Assembly: GCF_964355755.1 (NCBI RefSeq)
Contig: NC_092671.1
Coordinates: forward strand, 1,364,001-1,428,000
Reading direction: 5' to 3'
Origin: Antedon mediterranea
Lineage: Eukaryota > Animalia > Echinodermata
DNA: 64,000 nt
A model generated the notes under the pieces. The model was not told where the DNA came from. It was given only the letters and a program-made list of their open reading frames with translations, and ran no database searches. The position numbers were made by a program, and so were the translations under genes. Every line of letters begins with the position of its first letter. The first letter of the stretch is position 1. Positions 62,833 to 64,000 of this stretch are shown piece after piece.

Positions 62833-64000
62833 CATATCAGTGTGTTTCTAAAGTTTCATACATTTGTAACTATAGAGGGCAGCATACAAGTTAAAAAAAT
62901 ATAAGGCTGGCTATCCTGTTAACATTAAAATTACAATGAGGAGGTGCGCTTGCAAAAAAATTGTTCTCTGGGAAGACAAAATATTCAGATCATAACCCTG
63001 AAATGATACTCAATCAATCAAAATCAATTTATCAATTCCATAAAACTAAGGATATAAAAATATGGCAAAGCTTTTAAGCCAAGACCCTTAAAAATAAATA
63101 AGGTAATAAGAAGTTATTTATATCAATAACAATAACAAACAGAATAAACTTGGACGCTGCTACCAGGACCTTGCTTATTAAAATGCACACATAAATACAC
63201 AATTGCAAAACCTATTTAATGTATCAGGTTAACTATAAAATAGAACAAAATTCAGGGTTTTATTATCCCTTTTCAAAATGTTTTAAAACACCATTGAGGA
63301 TTGTCTACCACAGTGCGTTTCCTATGTCAAACACCCTGTAATAAATCTCCTTTATAATGTTCATAATAGGACAATGTATAGACTTTATGTCTTTAAGTCA
63401 CAATCACAATACTAAGAATGTTACCACAAGCACAATCATTCTTTTTATTACACATACTAAATTCATTAATTTAAATAAGTTTCTTTTTCACAAATCTCAC
63501 ACATTTTGTGTTTATAAACAATCGTTATACTTTGTGGTTTTTGGAATATAGATTATTCATCTGCCATAACTTATGTTTTTATGAGACACAAGAGGGCAGC
63601 TTACCGACAAACTTTCTTTTTTTCTAATAAACGTCACTTTATGTTTTGAAATTTTCTACAAAAAGAAGAGTTATTGGTGAGATGTTTTGCCATCCTGTGA
63701 CATAATTTTCACTTGAAAAATATGAACTTCAATGAAAAAGAAAAATAGATATCAAAAATTAATTAATAATTTCACTTTAGTTTTCAAAAGGAGAGAGCAA
63801 GCGTCCCAAGCATTCTATGATTTGCCGCAAGACTCGACCTCCACATCACTAGCCTTACGTTCATACCTCTATACCACTAAGCTACTCCACAGTAGTTATA
63901 CAATTTATCATCCAAAAGAAAAGTTTAATCCATTGTATATTACAACATAACATAAAAAATTGAAAAGATTATGAAACTGGACAGCGTATTAATAATCGTG

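Overview
AT-rich, repeat-rich metazoan genomic DNA. It is invertebrate-like and possibly echinoderm, but taxon is only an inference. Most of the window appears to be intronic sequence of a minus-strand Neuron navigator (NAV/unc-53/sickie) gene, of which two calponin-homology exons are recognisable (29372-29255 and 28183-28134). The dominant feature is a 17,490-bp Mutator-like (MULE) DNA transposon at 4470-21959, with a perfect 10-bp TSD (CACTGTTCCT) and TIRs built from 10-bp tandem repeats. It appears to encode ONE spliced, frame-intact protein of about 1860 aa: PHD finger + vertnin-type OTU cysteine protease (intact D-C-H) + 8 tandemly duplicated phase-1 Ser/Thr/Pro-rich exons with NLS-like heads + a complete DDE MULE transposase. 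Its ~6-kb 5' arm is a patchwork of older TE debris: a Helentron-type piece, a Deu/Nin-type SINE, a tRNA-like unit beside (TA)n, a duplicated LINE RT piece, a BEL/Pao relic and a hairpin foldback array. The rest of the window holds a complete non-autonomous Helentron, an IS3EU-like foldback element, Kolobok-, Harbinger- and pogo-like MITEs (two with expanded minisatellites), SINEs, a perfect 83-bp-arm palindrome and candidate RFX/E-box/CTCF-like sites. No CRISPR, rRNA or convincing functional tRNA gene was seen.
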